Counted from the first letter of the stretch, positions 39,181 through 54,296 are shown. The stretch is 64,000 bases of DNA from the human T2T-CHM13v2.0 reference genome, Homo sapiens (GCF_009914755.1 NC_060925.1), one strand, 5' to 3'. Translations and numbers: made by a program. Notes: generated from the sequence alone by a model not told the origin.

Positions 39181-40139
39181 TCCTGCTGACTTAGTTTACT
39201 GGATTGAGAAAAGTCACTTTTGAAAATCAACTGCATCTCAACAGCAGAGTCCATTAACACCTGGACTTGAGTCACCACAACTACCACAGCCAGATATTTT
39301 CCTATAATAATATTCCTACATGTTTAATGCAAACATAACAAGAAAAAAAACTTTCATAGTTATCTTTTATTGTTTAGCCCTGAGTTTTATTGAGAAGAAG
39401 GGATTCTTCTAGGGTCAACTCAACAAGACAGAAACTCATCACACTTGCATTTGTTTAATATAGCTTCTCATTTACCTTCAAGTTCCCTAAAGTCCATATC
39501 TATTTTGTTTACCTCTTTATCATCCTGCCTAGCAAACAAGCATAGTGTTTGGCAGTGTTTAATCATTAATTAATTCACTTATAATTCCATAAATAATGGA
39601 TGAGTAAGTGATAGTTGCATAGATATATTTCATCAAACAAATTTAATTATTAGTCATCCATTGACAACTGTATCTTTTCTCTTTGTCAGACACAAATAGA
39701 TTTTATCTCTTTAGTCCTTTAAGAGGAAGAAATCCAAAAGGATATACAACCTTTTAGTCAAAACCAAAAGAGAAAAATATATCATATGTGAGCAATTGGG
39801 AATCCTGCCTACCTCAAAACTTTGCTTGCCTTTAGTAAGACAGACCCGTATCTACTTCCTTTGCCCCATCTACCTGCCTCCTATATCACACATCTCTATC
39901 TAGTTCACAACAACACCTAATGCTAGCCTTAACATAGCAGCAGAAACAAAGAATGACCTTTTCCAAACTTCTTAGGTTGGACACAGCCCATATAGAGTCT
40001 TTTGTGAATTGGTCTCAGCCTCTAGAGGCACTGAGTCATTGTTTCCTTTTTGGGCAACTTCTAAATCATGAGCCTTGTATTTTTGGAAAACTTATCTTCT
40101 CATTCGATCCCCCCAGTGGTCCTATGAGGTAAGAGATCA

Positions 40140-41500
40140 GATGTTATGCATGGAAAGATCAGTGAACCAGGAAATCAGAAGACAAGGATTTTCATTTTTT
40201 TCTACTATTTATTAGTTGTGTGATTTTAGGCAACTCTCATGGCATTTATTAAAAATGGGTTTATTATATTCAACACTCAACTAATATTTAATGAATGTAC
40301 TTAATGAGCATGGTTTTAGACACTGGCAGTATGGTTGGATATAAGGCAGGTAAAGTCTCTTTTTTTCACAAAGCTTTCCTTCTAGTGGCATATAGATGAA
40401 TGAAAAGGCAAAGAGTAGTTAAGTAAATTTTGGTTATTAATAAATTTCTATTGAGAAACAAATTTTCAAGTGATGTAGTAAAAACAGTGACCAAGGAAGC
40501 TGTTTGATTGGGAGGTGAGAGAAAGCCCCATTACTGAAGAGGTAGAATGCTTCCATATCTGAAACACAAGCAGGAGTCAACCATGTGAAGATGCAGGTAA
40601 AGAGATTTCCAGCGGAGGGAACAGATATTTGGAGCAGGTCACAAAGTTCTAAGATGGCACAAGCTTGACTTTCCCTGAAAAGCTCTTATCATTGGTGGTT
40701 TCCATTTTACAGATCTTCCTAAAGCCTAGAACAGTGAAGCAACTTGCTCAAGGATAAATGCTGAGTGATTGGAAGAGCATGGGTTCACACACATAACTTC
40801 TGATTTTTAAAAAAGATATTCTTCACCACTTAAATTCTAGGTACCTCAATTCAGGCCCTCATGACCCCACCCTGGATTATTTCAGTTGATTTGTAATGAG
40901 TCACTCCATATCCATGTCCACCTTCTTCCCCTTCCTCAATCCAGTCCCACTTCATCTTCCATATAGCAGATGGTCAAAGTTATGTTTCTGATACACAAGC
41001 CTAATCATGCCCCTTTTTTGCTTTATACACCTCCTGTAACTGTCAGCAGACAAAAATATGAAGTCCAAGCTCTCCAATCCATTATTCAATCAATTCCTAA
41101 CATTTTCAAGCCTTATTCCTTATCACCATTTTACCTCACATCCTCCCTTAGCCTCAGTAAATGAAATGCCATACCATGTTATGCCTCAATTTCTCTAAAC
41201 ATACTGTTCTTTGTTGCTAAACTCCAATCATCTTGCAATTGCTCACTCAAAGTTACTGTGTAAAATGCATTACTCTCTTATCTATATCAGTATGACACTT
41301 TTGCTCAATTATAGTAGTTTCCATATCTATTTCGGTGGTATATTTACTTACCTGGCTAGACTGTGAGATACTAAAGGGCAAAAAACACATTGTATACATA
41401 TATTTTTGTATTACGAATGCTCAGCTTGGTAGCTGACATCTAGTAGATGCTTGAAATTACTTGTGGATCAAAGGTATAAAAAAAAGAATGAATGAAATTA
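40140..41500. mobile_element. MIR(+) / L2(-) ~40270-40670 / MIR(-) ~40680-40830 / L2(+) ~40840-41496 cluster
   Basis: L2 3' ends (ctagactgtgagatactaaagggc...aatgaatgaa) and MIR cores. Confidence 0.7.
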
Positions 41501-43265
41501 AAATGATGGTCAAAATTTGTCGAGGTTTTTTTTTCATTAATTCAAAGATAACTTTATTTTTTAAACATTGTACTTTTTATTATTACAATTTCAAAAATAG
41601 AGTCAATCGAAAAAATCACATAAATGCCTATGTATTAATTATCTTATTTTCTGGATTCTAGAAAATTCTTTCATTTTCATTTCATTATTGCATCAGCATT
41701 TTCTTATTCACGAAAAAATAAAAATATACAGTTGAAGTCCTGTTATCCCTCTTTATTTCTGAATTTTGTATTATTCCCATGCTTTCATACAAATACTATA
41801 TAAGGATACATTCATAAAAACGTATAGCCTTTTTTGTATGCTTTCAAATTTTACATAAATGGTATTGTACTGCACATATTTGGTCAATCGCTTTTATCCT
41901 TTAACATTGTTTTTAAAATTTGTCCTGTTAAAATATGTAACTTTAGGCAACGATTTTTAACTACAGAATACCATTTAATTAGAAGAATACGCCATAATTT
42001 ATTTTCCATTTCCTTTTTAATGGGCATTTAGGTTGCTTCCTATTTTACTTTTTAAACAATAATGCAATAAACTTTCTTGTACATGATTTCTTGTTCATGT
42101 GTGCACGTTGCTGAGTCAAAGAACATGTTCATCTTCAACTCGATATGACCAAGTAATACTCTTAAATAAATAGACCAACTGACATTACAATCAGAAGTAT
42201 GTGAACATTTGATTGCTCATATGTTCGTTTATATTTAGACTTATTAAATTTTTAAAAACTCAACTAAATTTTTAAAAATCAATTTTTACTTGAAGTAAAA
42301 TTTATAACAAAATGAACTTATTTCAGGGAAACAATTTGGTGAGTTTTGACAAATGTATCCACTTCTATGAACAACACCATCACAATCCAAATTTGGAGCA
42401 ATTTTATCGCCCCCACCCCTGCAAATTTTCTATGAACTTTTCACATCAATGCTCCCTCTCAGTCCTCGCTCCAGGAAACCATTCATTTGATTTCTGTCAC
42501 TATATGTTAGTTTTGACTTCTCTAGAATTTCATTTGAATGAAATCATACAGCTTGCACCCATGATGTCTAACTTCTTTCACTTAGCACAATGTAGTTTCT
42601 TTTATTGAATTATTTTTGTCTGGTTTCTCCATAAGGGTAATATTAGCCCCATACAATGAACTGAGAAGTGTTTAATTCTTCTTTATTTTCTGAAAAATTT
42701 TATATGGGATCAGTATTATTTTTTTCCTTGAATATTTGATAGAGTTTATCAGAGAAGCCATTTGGGCATCAAGATTCTTTGTGGATAGATTATTAACTAT
42801 AAATGTATATTATTTAATAGATTTCAAGATATCCAGATTTTCTATTCATTCTTAGTCCATTTTGGTAATTTGTGTTTTTCAAGGAATTTGGCCATTTCAT
42901 CAAAGTTGTTTAATTTATTAGATTGTTTCTAATATTCCCTTTTTGTCCTTTTTCATGTCTGTAGGATCTATAGTGTTGTCCCCTTTTTCATGCCTAATAT
43001 TGACTATTTGTGTCTTCCTTCTTTTTTTCTTGATCACTGTAGCTAGAGGCTTATCAATTTTATTGACCATCTAAAACAAACAGCTTTAGGTTTTATTAAT
43101 TTTATCTATTCTTTATTTTCCATTCTATTGATTTCTACTTTTTTTTCTTTCTACTTACTCAGGATTTATTTGCTTTTTGTTTTAGCTTCATAAGATGGAA
43201 ACTCAGATGATTAATTTTAGATTTTTGGTGATGTAGTATTTAAATTAAAAGTTTCACTCTAAGCA

Positions 43266-43760
43266 CGTTAGGGGACAATTCTCCCAAGATCTCTAACATC
43301 TCTGTATTTCTTGCAAATGGCATTGATGGCTTTTTTTTTTTTGAAACTGTCTTTTCAAGTATGTTTATCTAATAGTCTTACAAGATAGAGGAAGCATCTT
43401 CCTCCAAAGCAAAGGGTGGCTTTGTTTACAGCCTTAAAAGTTAGGGATAATGTCTGCTTCTGAAGCAAAGGACAGATGTGCTTGCTGATCATTATAAAAG
43501 ATGCAAGTTCTCTAGGCCAGGGCTTCTCTTTTGTACTTCACCCCACTATGTGTAAGTGTGTCACTAAATTCTTACTTGTATCACATTATGAGGATTGGTA
43601 GTCAGGGAACTGGAACAAGAAAAATGTTGATATTCTGTTTACTACTGTTTCTGTCCTTGATCTCTTACCCAAGAATCATGAGGCTTCTGTCAGTATCTAC
43701 AAACCATAGCTGACTCACTTACTAGCTTTCGTAACAGGGTTAAATCTTAGACCTGTCACA
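43266..43760 (+). mobile_element. LTR40 (ERVL) solo LTR
   Basis: gttaggggacaattctcc...tcttttcaagtatgttt...aagatagag...agcaaaggg. Confidence 0.8.
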
Positions 43761-44428
43761 GGGCTTTAGCTGGATCTCATAAAACTGATGCTTTTTAAAA
43801 GTTTATATGCAGTTCAAAGTATTTCTTAATTTCACTTTTGATTTTTTTTGTTCATGGGCTATTTTTAAATTGTATTATTTGATTTCCAAATATTTGGGGA
43901 TTTATAAAGCCATCTTATGTTATTGGTGTCTAATTTAGTTCTTGAACCCAGAGAAAATATTCTGTATGATTTTAATCCTTTAAAATTTTTTTAAGAATTG
44001 TTAAACAGGCTGGCATATATTCTATCTTGGTGAATTTCTATGCACACCTGGAAAGAATGTATATTATGTTGTTGTTGGGTGCAGTATTCTATAAATGTAA
44101 ATGAAGACAAATTCATTGAAAATGTTTTTCAAACCTTCTATATCCTTACTAGTTTTCTATTTATTGTTTTATCAATTGCGTCAAGAGAAGTTTTGAAGTT
44201 TTTGCTTATGTATTTCAAAGTTTTAAAATAAGGTGCATACACATTTAGGCGTTATGAATTATTAATGAATTAACCGCTTTATTGTTATGAAATTTCTCTA
44301 TCCTCGGTAATATTTCTTGTTCTGAAGTCTTTGTTACTAATATAGGCACTGCAGCTTTCTTATGCTTAGTATTTTTATGGTATATCCTTTTCTGTCTTTT
44401 TACTTCCAATCTATCTCTGTGTTTGTAA

Positions 44429-44643
44429 TTTTTTCTTTTTAGAGACAGGGTCTTTCTCTGTTGCCCAGGCTGGACAGGCTTACTGCTGGATCACTTTACA
44501 GATTTTGGACTGTTTAGCTTCCATAATTCAAATGAGCCAATGTCTTAAAATAAATCACTTTACACACACACACACACGCACGCACACACACACACACACA
44601 CACACACCCTATTGGTTCTATTTCTCCAGAGAACCCTAATACA
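44429..44643. mobile_element. Alu 3' stub (-, 44429-44473) fused to an MLT2 LTR 3' end (+, 44474-44643) with (CA)n at 44562-44607
   Basis: agagacagggtc...cccaggctgg joins directly to ...aatgagccaa...cctattggttctatttctccagagaaccctaataca. Confidence 0.8.
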
Positions 44644-45163
44644 TATTTTATCTCCATCATTGGAATATTAGCCATCCAGCTTCATCTTATTTATTTTTGT
44701 GGTTGCTATAAGGTTTTCAAAATGAGTCTTCATCTCATCATTAGCCTAACTTTATATAATACTATACCACTCCACAATTAATGTACGCTCCTTAAAACTG
44801 CATACTTCTCTTATGTTGCTCCTGTGCTTTTCCATCGTTGTCATATACTTTATTTATATATACTTTATGAATTCCAAAATACATTATGTGTTCTCTAAAT
44901 TTTCATAAGAAAATATTTTCTATATAAAAATATATTTACCATCTCTGTTGCCTTTTCTTTATTTTTGCAGATCCAAGTTTCCATCTGATATTATTTTCCC
45001 TGTACCTGAACAACTTTCTTTAACATTTCTTGTCATTGAAGTATGCTGGAAACACATTCTTTCAGCTTTTGCTTACCTGAAAAAAAATTTTTACCTTCAC
45101 TTTTGATAGACATTTCTACTAGTTACAGAATTCTGTGTTGATAGATTTTTTTTCTTTCAGTCC

Positions 45164-45521
45164 TACCATGGTATACTATGCAGCCATAGAAAAGGATGAG
45201 TTCATGTCTTTTGCAGGGACATGGATGAAGCTGGAAACCATAATTCTCAGCAAACTAACACAAGAACAGAAAACCAAACACCACATGTTTTCACTCATAA
45301 GTGAGAGCTGAACAATGAGCACACATGGACATAGGGAGGGGAACATCACACAGTGGGGCCTGTTGGAGGCTGGAGGGCTAGGGGAGGGATAGTATTAGGT
45401 GGAATACCTAATGTGGATCACGGGTTGGTGGGTGCAGCAAACCACCATGACACATGTATACCTATGTAACAAAACTGCACATTCTGCACATGTACCCCAG
45501 AACTTAAAGTATAATAAAAAA
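45164..45521 (+). mobile_element. L1PA7/8 3' fragment
   Basis: gcagggacatggatgaagctggaaacc...agaacttaaagtataataaaaaa. Confidence 0.92.
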
Positions 45522-46132
45522 TTATTATTATTCTTTAATTATACTATTTTATTGTGTTCTAGTTTGCATAGCTTCTTACAGTAAGTCACTCATTTTTAGC
45601 AATTTGATGATAGTATGCCTTTGTGTATGTGTACATGCATGTTTATTCTTATCCTTTTGAAATTCTTTAATTTTCTTGAGTTTCTAGTTTTCATCCAATT
45701 TGCAAAAATTATGGTAATTATTTTTTAAATTTCGTTTTCTGTCTTGAGGTCCTTTCATTCATTTTGAGTTCCCAACTGCAACTTATTTGGACCACTTGAT
45801 ATTTCTCCACACGTTACCGAGGCTGTGTTTATTTTTTGAATCTTGAATCTTTCTCTCTGTGCTTTAGTCTTGATAGTTCTTACGTCTTCAAATTCACTGC
45901 TTTTTAAAAATCTGTTATGTTCTGTCTGCTATGAAGTCCATCCAATCAGATTTTAATTTTAGGTACGGCATTTTTATCCCCAGAAGTTCCATTTGGATTT
46001 TTATTTTATATCTCCAATTTTTCTCTTCATTGTGTTTATGTTTTTCTTTAAAACCTCTGCTACATGCACATACACACATGTGTATACACACAGACATGTG
46101 TATATAAACATACACACACTTATGTATAACTC

Positions 46133-46317
46133 TTTTTTTTTTTTGAGACAAAGTCTCACTCTGTTGTCCAGGCTGGAGTGTGGCGGCACAATCACGGCTC
46201 ACTGCAACCTCTGTCTCCTGGATTCAAGTGACCCTTCCACCTTAGCCTCCCAAGTAGCTTAGACTACAAGCATGTGCCACCAAACCTGGTGAATTTTTGT
46301 ATTTTTTGTAGACACAG
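46133..46317 (-). mobile_element. 5'-truncated Alu (J/S)
   Basis: Right arm plus linker only. Confidence 0.85.
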
Positions 46318-46448
46318 GTATAATAATTTCTTTAAATTCATTCTCTGCTAATTCTAGCATATCTATCATTTCTGAGTATGTTTCTATTGGATTTTTTCCC
46401 TCTATCAATTATGGGTTGTATCTTCCTGCATTTGGTCCTCTGTATTAA

Positions 46449-46546
46449 TTTTTTTTTTATTTTTTTGTGACAGGATTTTGCCGTGTTGCCCAGGGTAGAG
46501 TGCAGTGGCGTGATCATAGCTCAGTGCAATCTTGAATTCCTGTGCT
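46449..46546 (-). mobile_element. AluJ 3' fragment
   Basis: gttgcccagggtagagtgcagtggcgtgatcatagctca. Confidence 0.75.
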
Positions 46547-46635
46547 GAAGTCTAGCAATTTTTGATAGGCTGATGGTTGTTATGATTATCACATTGTTGA
46601 GTGTGGGTTTGTTTTTTTCCTTTAAAGAATTTTCA

Positions 46636-46941
46636 GGCTGGGTGCGGTGGCTCATGCCTGTAATCCCAGCACTTTGGGAGGCCAAGGTGGGTGCATCACC
46701 TGAGGTCAAGAGTTTGAGATCAGCCTGGCCAACATGGTGAAAACCTGTCTCTACTAAAAAAATACAAAAATTAGCCAGGCCTGGGGGTGGGTGCCTGTAA
46801 TACCAGCTACTCGGGAGGCTGAGGCAGGAGAAACATGAGAATCACTTTTACCTGGAAGGCGCAGGCTGCAGTGAGCAGAGATCATGTGCTGTTGCACTTC
46901 AGCCTGGGTGACAAAAGTGAAACTCCATCTAAAAAAAAAAA
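46636..46941 (+). mobile_element. AluS
   Basis: Full Alu; TSD aagaattttc. Confidence 0.95.
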
Positions 46942-46946
46942 GAAGA

Positions 46947-47037
46947 ATTTTCTGATTTATCTGCAATAAAGGTTACTTTCAGATTAGCAATATTTTCTGA
47001 TTTATTCTGCGATAAATGTTACTTTCAGATTAGCATT
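46947..47037. repeat. Imperfect ~45-bp tandem duplication
   Basis: attttctgatttatctgcaataaaggttactttcagattagcaat / attttctgatttattctgcgataaatgttactttcagattagcatt. Confidence 0.9.
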
Positions 47038-47212
47038 ATTATTTGAGGTTTTATTTTTTAAAGTTTCAAGGTATTCTTTTACCCTGGGTATAATTTAGTC
47101 CTTAGACTAAGGCATAACTCTTTCTGGGTCTCAAGCAAATGATCCAGGTATGACATTATGACTTTTCATTCTGTTTGGTGCTTGGAATCCCCCAGCTCTA
47201 TATGAGCTTTGA

Positions 47213-47560
<348 letters not shown>

Positions 47561-49979
47561 CCTTTGCCCTTATTCATATAATTTCACTCTACACATCAGT
47601 AAATTTATACTGAGCAATACAGTAAAAGGCATCTCTGTGTAATTTTCTGGAGCTTTTCCTCTACATAGCTCTCATCCCTCTGGAACGTTTCTTTGCCTTT
47701 AAGAGCTCTCTACTAAAACAGTTGGTTTGCAGTTGCTAAACATAAAACATTTTAAATAATTTCATTTGACTATCTTTCTAGTTTTTCATAGTGATAAAGT
47801 CTGTTCTTAGCTACTCTATCATAACCAGAAACAGATATTCAGAAATGACAAGCTTTTTAATATTTGATAATCTGGATATAAAATACTATATAAATGTGGC
47901 TTTAATTTACATATCTCTGATTATTAATACAATTAAACATCTTTTTCTAAGTTTCTTGGCCATTTTTGCTTCTACTTATATCTTTGGACAATTTTTAAGA
48001 GTTTCTTTTTCATGTCAATTTATATGGATATTTTGAATATTCTTGTACTAATTTTTTGCTAATTATATTATTGCATATATCTACTCCAAATATCTTGTTA
48101 CTCTTCTCACTTTACATTGTATTTTGTTTAATAATTTTTTAAAATTTTAAATGTGGATAACTATGTAAATTTTCATGGTTCATAGGTTTTTTTTGTATTT
48201 TTTAATAACTCTTTGCTATGGTTTCTTCAAAAGTTTTAGAGTTTTACTTTTCATATTTATGACTTTAATTCACTTCCAATAAATTTTTGCATATGGTATG
48301 AGGTAGGAAACTTATTTTTTTTATCTGAAAGTATATACAATTGCATTTATACTATTTATTGGGATAATCATTTTTTACTTTATTGGTCTACAATGCTGCA
48401 GTTGTCATATATGACGTTTCTATATGCATGATTCTGTTTCTGAACTCTGTATTATTTTCATTGGTCTGCCTATGAGCTTGTGCTAATACCGCATGGTTTT
48501 AATTACTAGGGCTTAATAATAAAGCTTAATATTGGGTAGAGCAAGTACCAGCACTTTGTTATGTTCTTTCAACTTTTTCTTAGTTATTTTTGGCCCTTTC
48601 AATTTAGTAAAGAAATACCACTAAGATTTGGTTTTGAGTGACTTGAATTTATAAACTAACTATGGAGAACTGACATACTTTAGTATATTGGGTCTATTCA
48701 ACTGTAGGCTTAATATACATGTTCATTTATTCAAGTTTTCTTTATATCCTTTAATAATTCCCTATAATTTTCTTAATATGAACATAAATATATTTTCATT
48801 ATACTTATTCCTATATAATATAAAGTTCTTAATCACTATTTGAATGAAATCTTTCTTTTTCTATTATGTTTTCTAATTTTTGCATTTGTGTAAAAGTATA
48901 TTTGATTTATGTATATCTTGTATCTATCAGCTTTGTTGAATTAATTAATTAGATCTAACACAGTGTCTATGAATCTCTTGGGACTGTTTACAAGACAATT
49001 ATATTGTCTACAAATAAGGACAGTTATCTTTATTCCTTTATAATTTGTATGTTCTTTTCTTTCTTCACATTGTATTATTTAGGGCTCTTAATACAATATT
49101 GACTAAAAGCAGAAATGGTTCTATTGTTTCACTGTAAGTATTGTGTTTGGTAGGTTTTGACAGATATTTTCAACAGGTTAAGAGATTTTCTTCCTAATCA
49201 GAGTTGATTATGAGATTTTTTTTCATTTTCACCTTGAATGGATGCTGAACATTTTAAATGTTTATTCTACATCCATTGAGATAGTTGTTTATTGTTTCTC
49301 TTATTAGTGTAGTACACTATATAATAGATTTTACTGTGGTGAACCTCCCTGCTTCCTAAGTAAACATTATTTGCTTATGGTGTCTTGTTTTTAACATGGC
49401 TGAAATCTTCATGTTAATATTTATTTAGCATGTTTACATCTGATCTTATTTTTGCTTTATATAGGGGTCATTTTTGTTGCAGTCTAACTTTAATGGCTAC
49501 TGGTTTATTTTAGTTGCTATTTTATCTTGAGTCAATTTAGTTAATTTATATTTTTCCTGAAATGCATCTATTTTAACTAAGTTTGCAAATGTACTAACAT
49601 AATGTAATTCTTTGTAATTATTTCATTCTTTATGATAAATTATGTTTGTCAGAGGTATTTGGGTATTTGTATGGTGGTTTGAGGGTTTATATATTTGTTC
49701 ATAAACGTGGTATTGATTGAATTCAGCTCCACCCTTTCTCTACAACACAGCTAGCTGCCAAACCCAGTGACATGTTCACACAACTTCATTAAATCTTCCA
49801 TTCCATGGATACATGGCCTGATGCTCTAGTAGTCTGGTATATGTATTATTGTCTCCTATTAATAGTTAAAGAATTTGTAGCTCAGGGACTTTTAAAAAGC
49901 TGCCCAAGTTTCAATGCTATTTAGCATGCAGTGAGGTTTCTAAAATCCAAAATTCTGGGCTCTTTCCGTCATCGTCATC

Positions 49980-50163
49980 GTAGCCTTTCTCAGTGTGTGG
50001 TCTGATGACCACCTACAGTGGAATCACTGAGGGCACTTGATAACAATTGTCATTCCTGAGCCCCACCCCCAATATACTAAACCAGGATCTCTGGGGGTGG
50101 GGCCTAATAATCTGCACTGTAAACATATAGATGATTCTTCTCATTAAATTTTGAGAACCTCTG
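49980..50163. mobile_element. MER5A/B (hAT-Charlie)
   Basis: ttctcagtgtgtggtc...attcctgagccccaccc...ggtggggcct...tttgagaacctctg. Confidence 0.8.
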
Positions 50164-50862
50164 CACTTATAGTGGCTTTCTTATTAAGTCATTTGACAAA
50201 GTGGAATACTTAACAAGTCATTTGCTTCTGAATTTCTGTCTCTGATGGCGGGCATTCCTGGCTCAGGAAATTATAACCAAAGTTCTCACGCATTTATCCC
50301 ATTTTAAAAGGGGCTTTTAGCCCCAAATGGACACAGGGCCCAGAAAAGGAGTTGTACAAACTCAGAGTCATGGAAATATTAGCGCAGGAAATGAAGTAAG
50401 AAAACGGATGTAAGAAAGGGACTGTTGCAGAGCTCCATATTACAATAAGAAATATTATACCCAAGTTCTAATAAAGAAGTCTTATTAAAGTCTTCCTAGG
50501 TCCTTTATTAGCTAAGAGATTTTTGTTTCTTTTATCTGTGGTTTGGTTTTTACCTTTCTTTCGCATTTGTTTTCTTCTTGGATTCTTGGAAGTTCCTGTA
50601 TGCTGATCTTTCTGGAAAAGGATAAAAGAACAATCTCTCTTCTTCATTCTTTACCGTTAATTGCAATAGACTTTCCCCTGTGCTCCTTCATTCAGTCACT
50701 GATTCAATATCTCATTCATACATTTATTTACCAAGTACATACTGAGTCTCAGACATTGTACTAGATGCTGCAAGCCCTGTCCCTGAAGATGGTATAATTT
50801 ACCAGGGGGAAATAATAAATAATTACAACCAAAAGTTGAAAATGCTTAAAAAAGTGTCTCTG

Positions 50863-51170
<308 letters not shown>

Positions 51171-51376
51171 AGTCTCTGGTTGGCCGAATTGGGGGCATTT
51201 TAAAAGGGATTGAAGAAAAGAAGGTGAGTGGTTGAGGGCAGCAGGCTACCTGGACAAGATTCCTGTCCACCACTTATTAGCTGTGTCTTAATGTATCTCT
51301 CTGTCTTAATTCCTTCATCTGTAAAAGGAGGAAATTAATGAAAAACAATAATATTATTGAAAAAATAATAATGTGT

Positions 51377-51816
51377 TGTTAAAAGAAGAACTTTAGACAA
51401 ATGAAATTTAACAGAGCTTAACTGAGCAAGGGAAAAAAAGATTCACGAATCAGGCAGCTTCCAGAACCATTGCAGATTCAGAGAGACTCTAAGGATGCCT
51501 CATGGTCACAGCAAATCTATAAACAAAAAAAGGAAGGTGACATACAGAAAATGGAATTGAGATACAGAAACAGCCGGATTGGTTACAGCTTGGCATTTGC
51601 TTCGTTTGAAAGCAGTTTGAACAGTCAGCTAGCTGCCTATGAGTGGTTGAAGTATGACTGCTGGGATTGGCTGAGACTCAGCTATTGTTATAGAAGCATG
51701 CTCCTAAGTTAGGTTGTCAGTCTTGTCTACTTATTAAGTTAGGTTATGGTTCGTCCATAAGGACTCAAGTGTGGAAATACAGAGGCTTTCCAGGCCACAT
51801 TTAGTTCAATTTAACA
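51377..51816 (-). mobile_element. MER57-family (ERV1) solo LTR inside a MIR
   Basis: tgttaaa...tttaaca termini; 4-bp TSD gtgt; MIR at ~51210-51376 resumes at 51817-51935. Confidence 0.85.
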
Positions 51817-52360
51817 GTGTCTACCTGATGGGGTTGCTTGTTGTGAGATTAAATGATTCAGTATATCTAAAGCGCTTAGCATAGTTCAAGGTATGTAGCT
51901 ATATATACAGGCTAGTTGTTAATGTTGTTATTATTATGAAAGGGCTCAAGGGGGAACTATTATATTTCTTACTTAAATAACCATGTGAACAATAGCCTGT
52001 GGCATGTGAAGGAGTATGGTATCCGGGCAGGGACAGAAAATTCCATGTGATTGGAGTGTCTGTACAAGTGTACATTGTGTGAACCTAAGTGTTGTGTGTG
52101 CATAAGAGTTCATGAGTGTGGCCTAATGGTGGAGACCAGGGGCTTGCACCTAGGAACCATGATGTTGGAAAGCTTGGTTGGGGCCATAAATGACATCTGG
52201 AGAGGTAGTATCTCACAGTGGATCCACAGCATCGAGTCTAGAACCAGAGGGCCTAGATGTGAATCCCAACTCTTCCAATTACTAGCTGAGTAGTTTCGGG
52301 AAGTTGCTCAGTCCTCTGGGCCTCATTTTCCTCATCTGTAAAATGCAGATACTCTTAGAG

Positions 52361-52701
52361 CAGGGGACCCCCACCCCCAGGCTGTGGACAGGTACTGGTC
52401 TGTGGCCTGTTGGGAACTGGGCTACACAGCAGGAGGTGAGTGGTGGGCGAGTGAGCATTACCGCCTGAGCTCTGCCTCCTGTCAGATTAGTGGTGGCATT
52501 AGATGCTCATAGGACTGTGAACCCCACTGTAAACTGCACATGTGAGGGCTCTCGGTTGCATGCTCCTTATGATAGCTGAACTGACGCCTGATGATCTGAG
52601 GTGGAACAGTTTGGTCTCAAAACCATCTTTCCACTCTGTCTGTGGAAAAATTGTCTTCCATAAAACTGGGTCCCTGGTGCCAAAAAGGTTGGGGACTGCT
52701 G
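52361..52701 (+). mobile_element. MER1B (hAT-Charlie) inside a MIR
   Basis: caggggacccccacc...ggttggggactgctg; perfect 8-bp TSD tcttagag; MIR at ~52200-52360 and 52702-52815. Confidence 0.95.
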
Positions 52702-53299
52702 TCTTAGAGCATCTCCCTCAACAGGCAGTGAGGAGGACATGAAGTAATATTTGTAAGGTGTTAAGAATTTTGCCTCACATGTAATAGGCTTGATTTATGT
52801 TAGTCATTATTATTAAAGGAATGTGTACCTTATGATATTGATATATACAAAATCTACAGCCATACTGAAGTTGGTGATAATATGATCAGATTTTTAAATT
52901 ATGGATTATGAAACCATAAATAAATAAAAAAAAATAAACATAATAAACATTTTTCTAAACATTTTAGGAAAATGGCTATTTTCCTAAATATGAGGGGAAA
53001 AAAATGGCTTTAAAGACTGGGTCCTCATAGAGGTAAGATGGAATGTGCACCCATCATCTTAATAGAGTTTACTCAGTCTAAGATTTGAGTTCTCCAGTGT
53101 AGTCCATTGAGGCTGCTTAAATAGAGGTGCAGAACCCAGAGCAGGGAGGGGAAGCCCCATGTTAGTCTGTTGGCTCCTGCACATTTGGTGTCGGTTCATT
53201 CTGGGAAGTATGCTGAGAGAGGCAGAAATTACCTGGCTTTGTTCAGAGGAGGGCTCCTGAGATCGTGAGAAGGTTGGAAAACATTGCACAGGAAAATCA

Positions 53300-53495
53300 G
53301 TGAGTTGAACTAGGGATGTTTAACAAAGGAAAGGCTGGGGCCAGGAATATGATGATCGCCCCCACCCTAAGTGTAGGAAGAGCTGTGAAGTGAAAAAGGG
53401 AGTAGATGAGTTCTCCACAGTTTCAGGGGAAAGAAAATGAAACAATAGATGAAAACTACAGAGATAGGGATTTCAACTCAGTTTTAAAAGGCAAC
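53300..53495 (+). mobile_element. CR1/L3 fragment
   Basis: gaactagggatgtttaac...gagctgtgaagtgaaaaagggagtaga...gatttcaactcag; appears to resume near 54250-54530. Confidence 0.6.
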
Positions 53496-53619
53496 ATTAT
53501 AGCCAGTTTTCTCCAGCACTTTCAGTATCTTGAAGCTGTCCTCAACATTTTACTTATTTGTTCACCATCATATGCTAATGCCTAGAAGAGTGTCTGGCTC
53601 AAAGCAGTGGCTGAGTAGC

Positions 53620-54218
53620 TGTGTTAGACAAGGTTATCCAGAGAAACAGAACCAATCATTTATTTATATACATATGTATGTGTACATATATATGTGTGTG
53701 TGTGTGCATATGTGTATATATAATATAAACATCATATATAAGTATATATGACATAATATATATCATATATGTATGTTCTATATGTCATTTTTTATACATA
53801 TATATTTACAGAGAGAGAGAGACATACACACAGACAGACAGAGAGAGAGAAAGAGAGGGTGGGGGAAGACTGTAGGGAATAGGTTCATACAATTGTGAGG
53901 GCTGACAAGTCCAAATTCTTCCGGGCAGGCTGGCAGGCTGGAGCCCAGGGAAAAGTTAATATTGCAGTCTAGAGTCTAAAGATAGTCTAAAGGCAGAATT
54001 CCTTATTCTTCAGGAAACTTCAGTCTTTTCTCTTCAAACCTTTAATTGATTGGATGAGGCCTATTCATATTATTTTGGTAATCTGCTTTACCCAAAGTCT
54101 ACTAATTTAAACATTAATCACATTAAAAAAAAACCATTTACAGCACCATCTAGATGATGTTTAACCAAACATCTGGTACCACAGCTTCTCAAGTTGACAC
54201 ATAAAATCAACCCTCATG
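53620..54218 (-). mobile_element. MLT2B/C LTR with expanded (TA/TG/GA) low-complexity tract
   Basis: ccagagaaacagaaccaat...gattggatgaggcct...aagttgacacataaaat. Confidence 0.85.
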
Positions 54219-54296
54219 GTAACTAGAAATGCTTTAGGAATAAATGATTAGAGAGTTACCCAATACTGGAGATATTCATGTTAAGATGAGCTGAGA

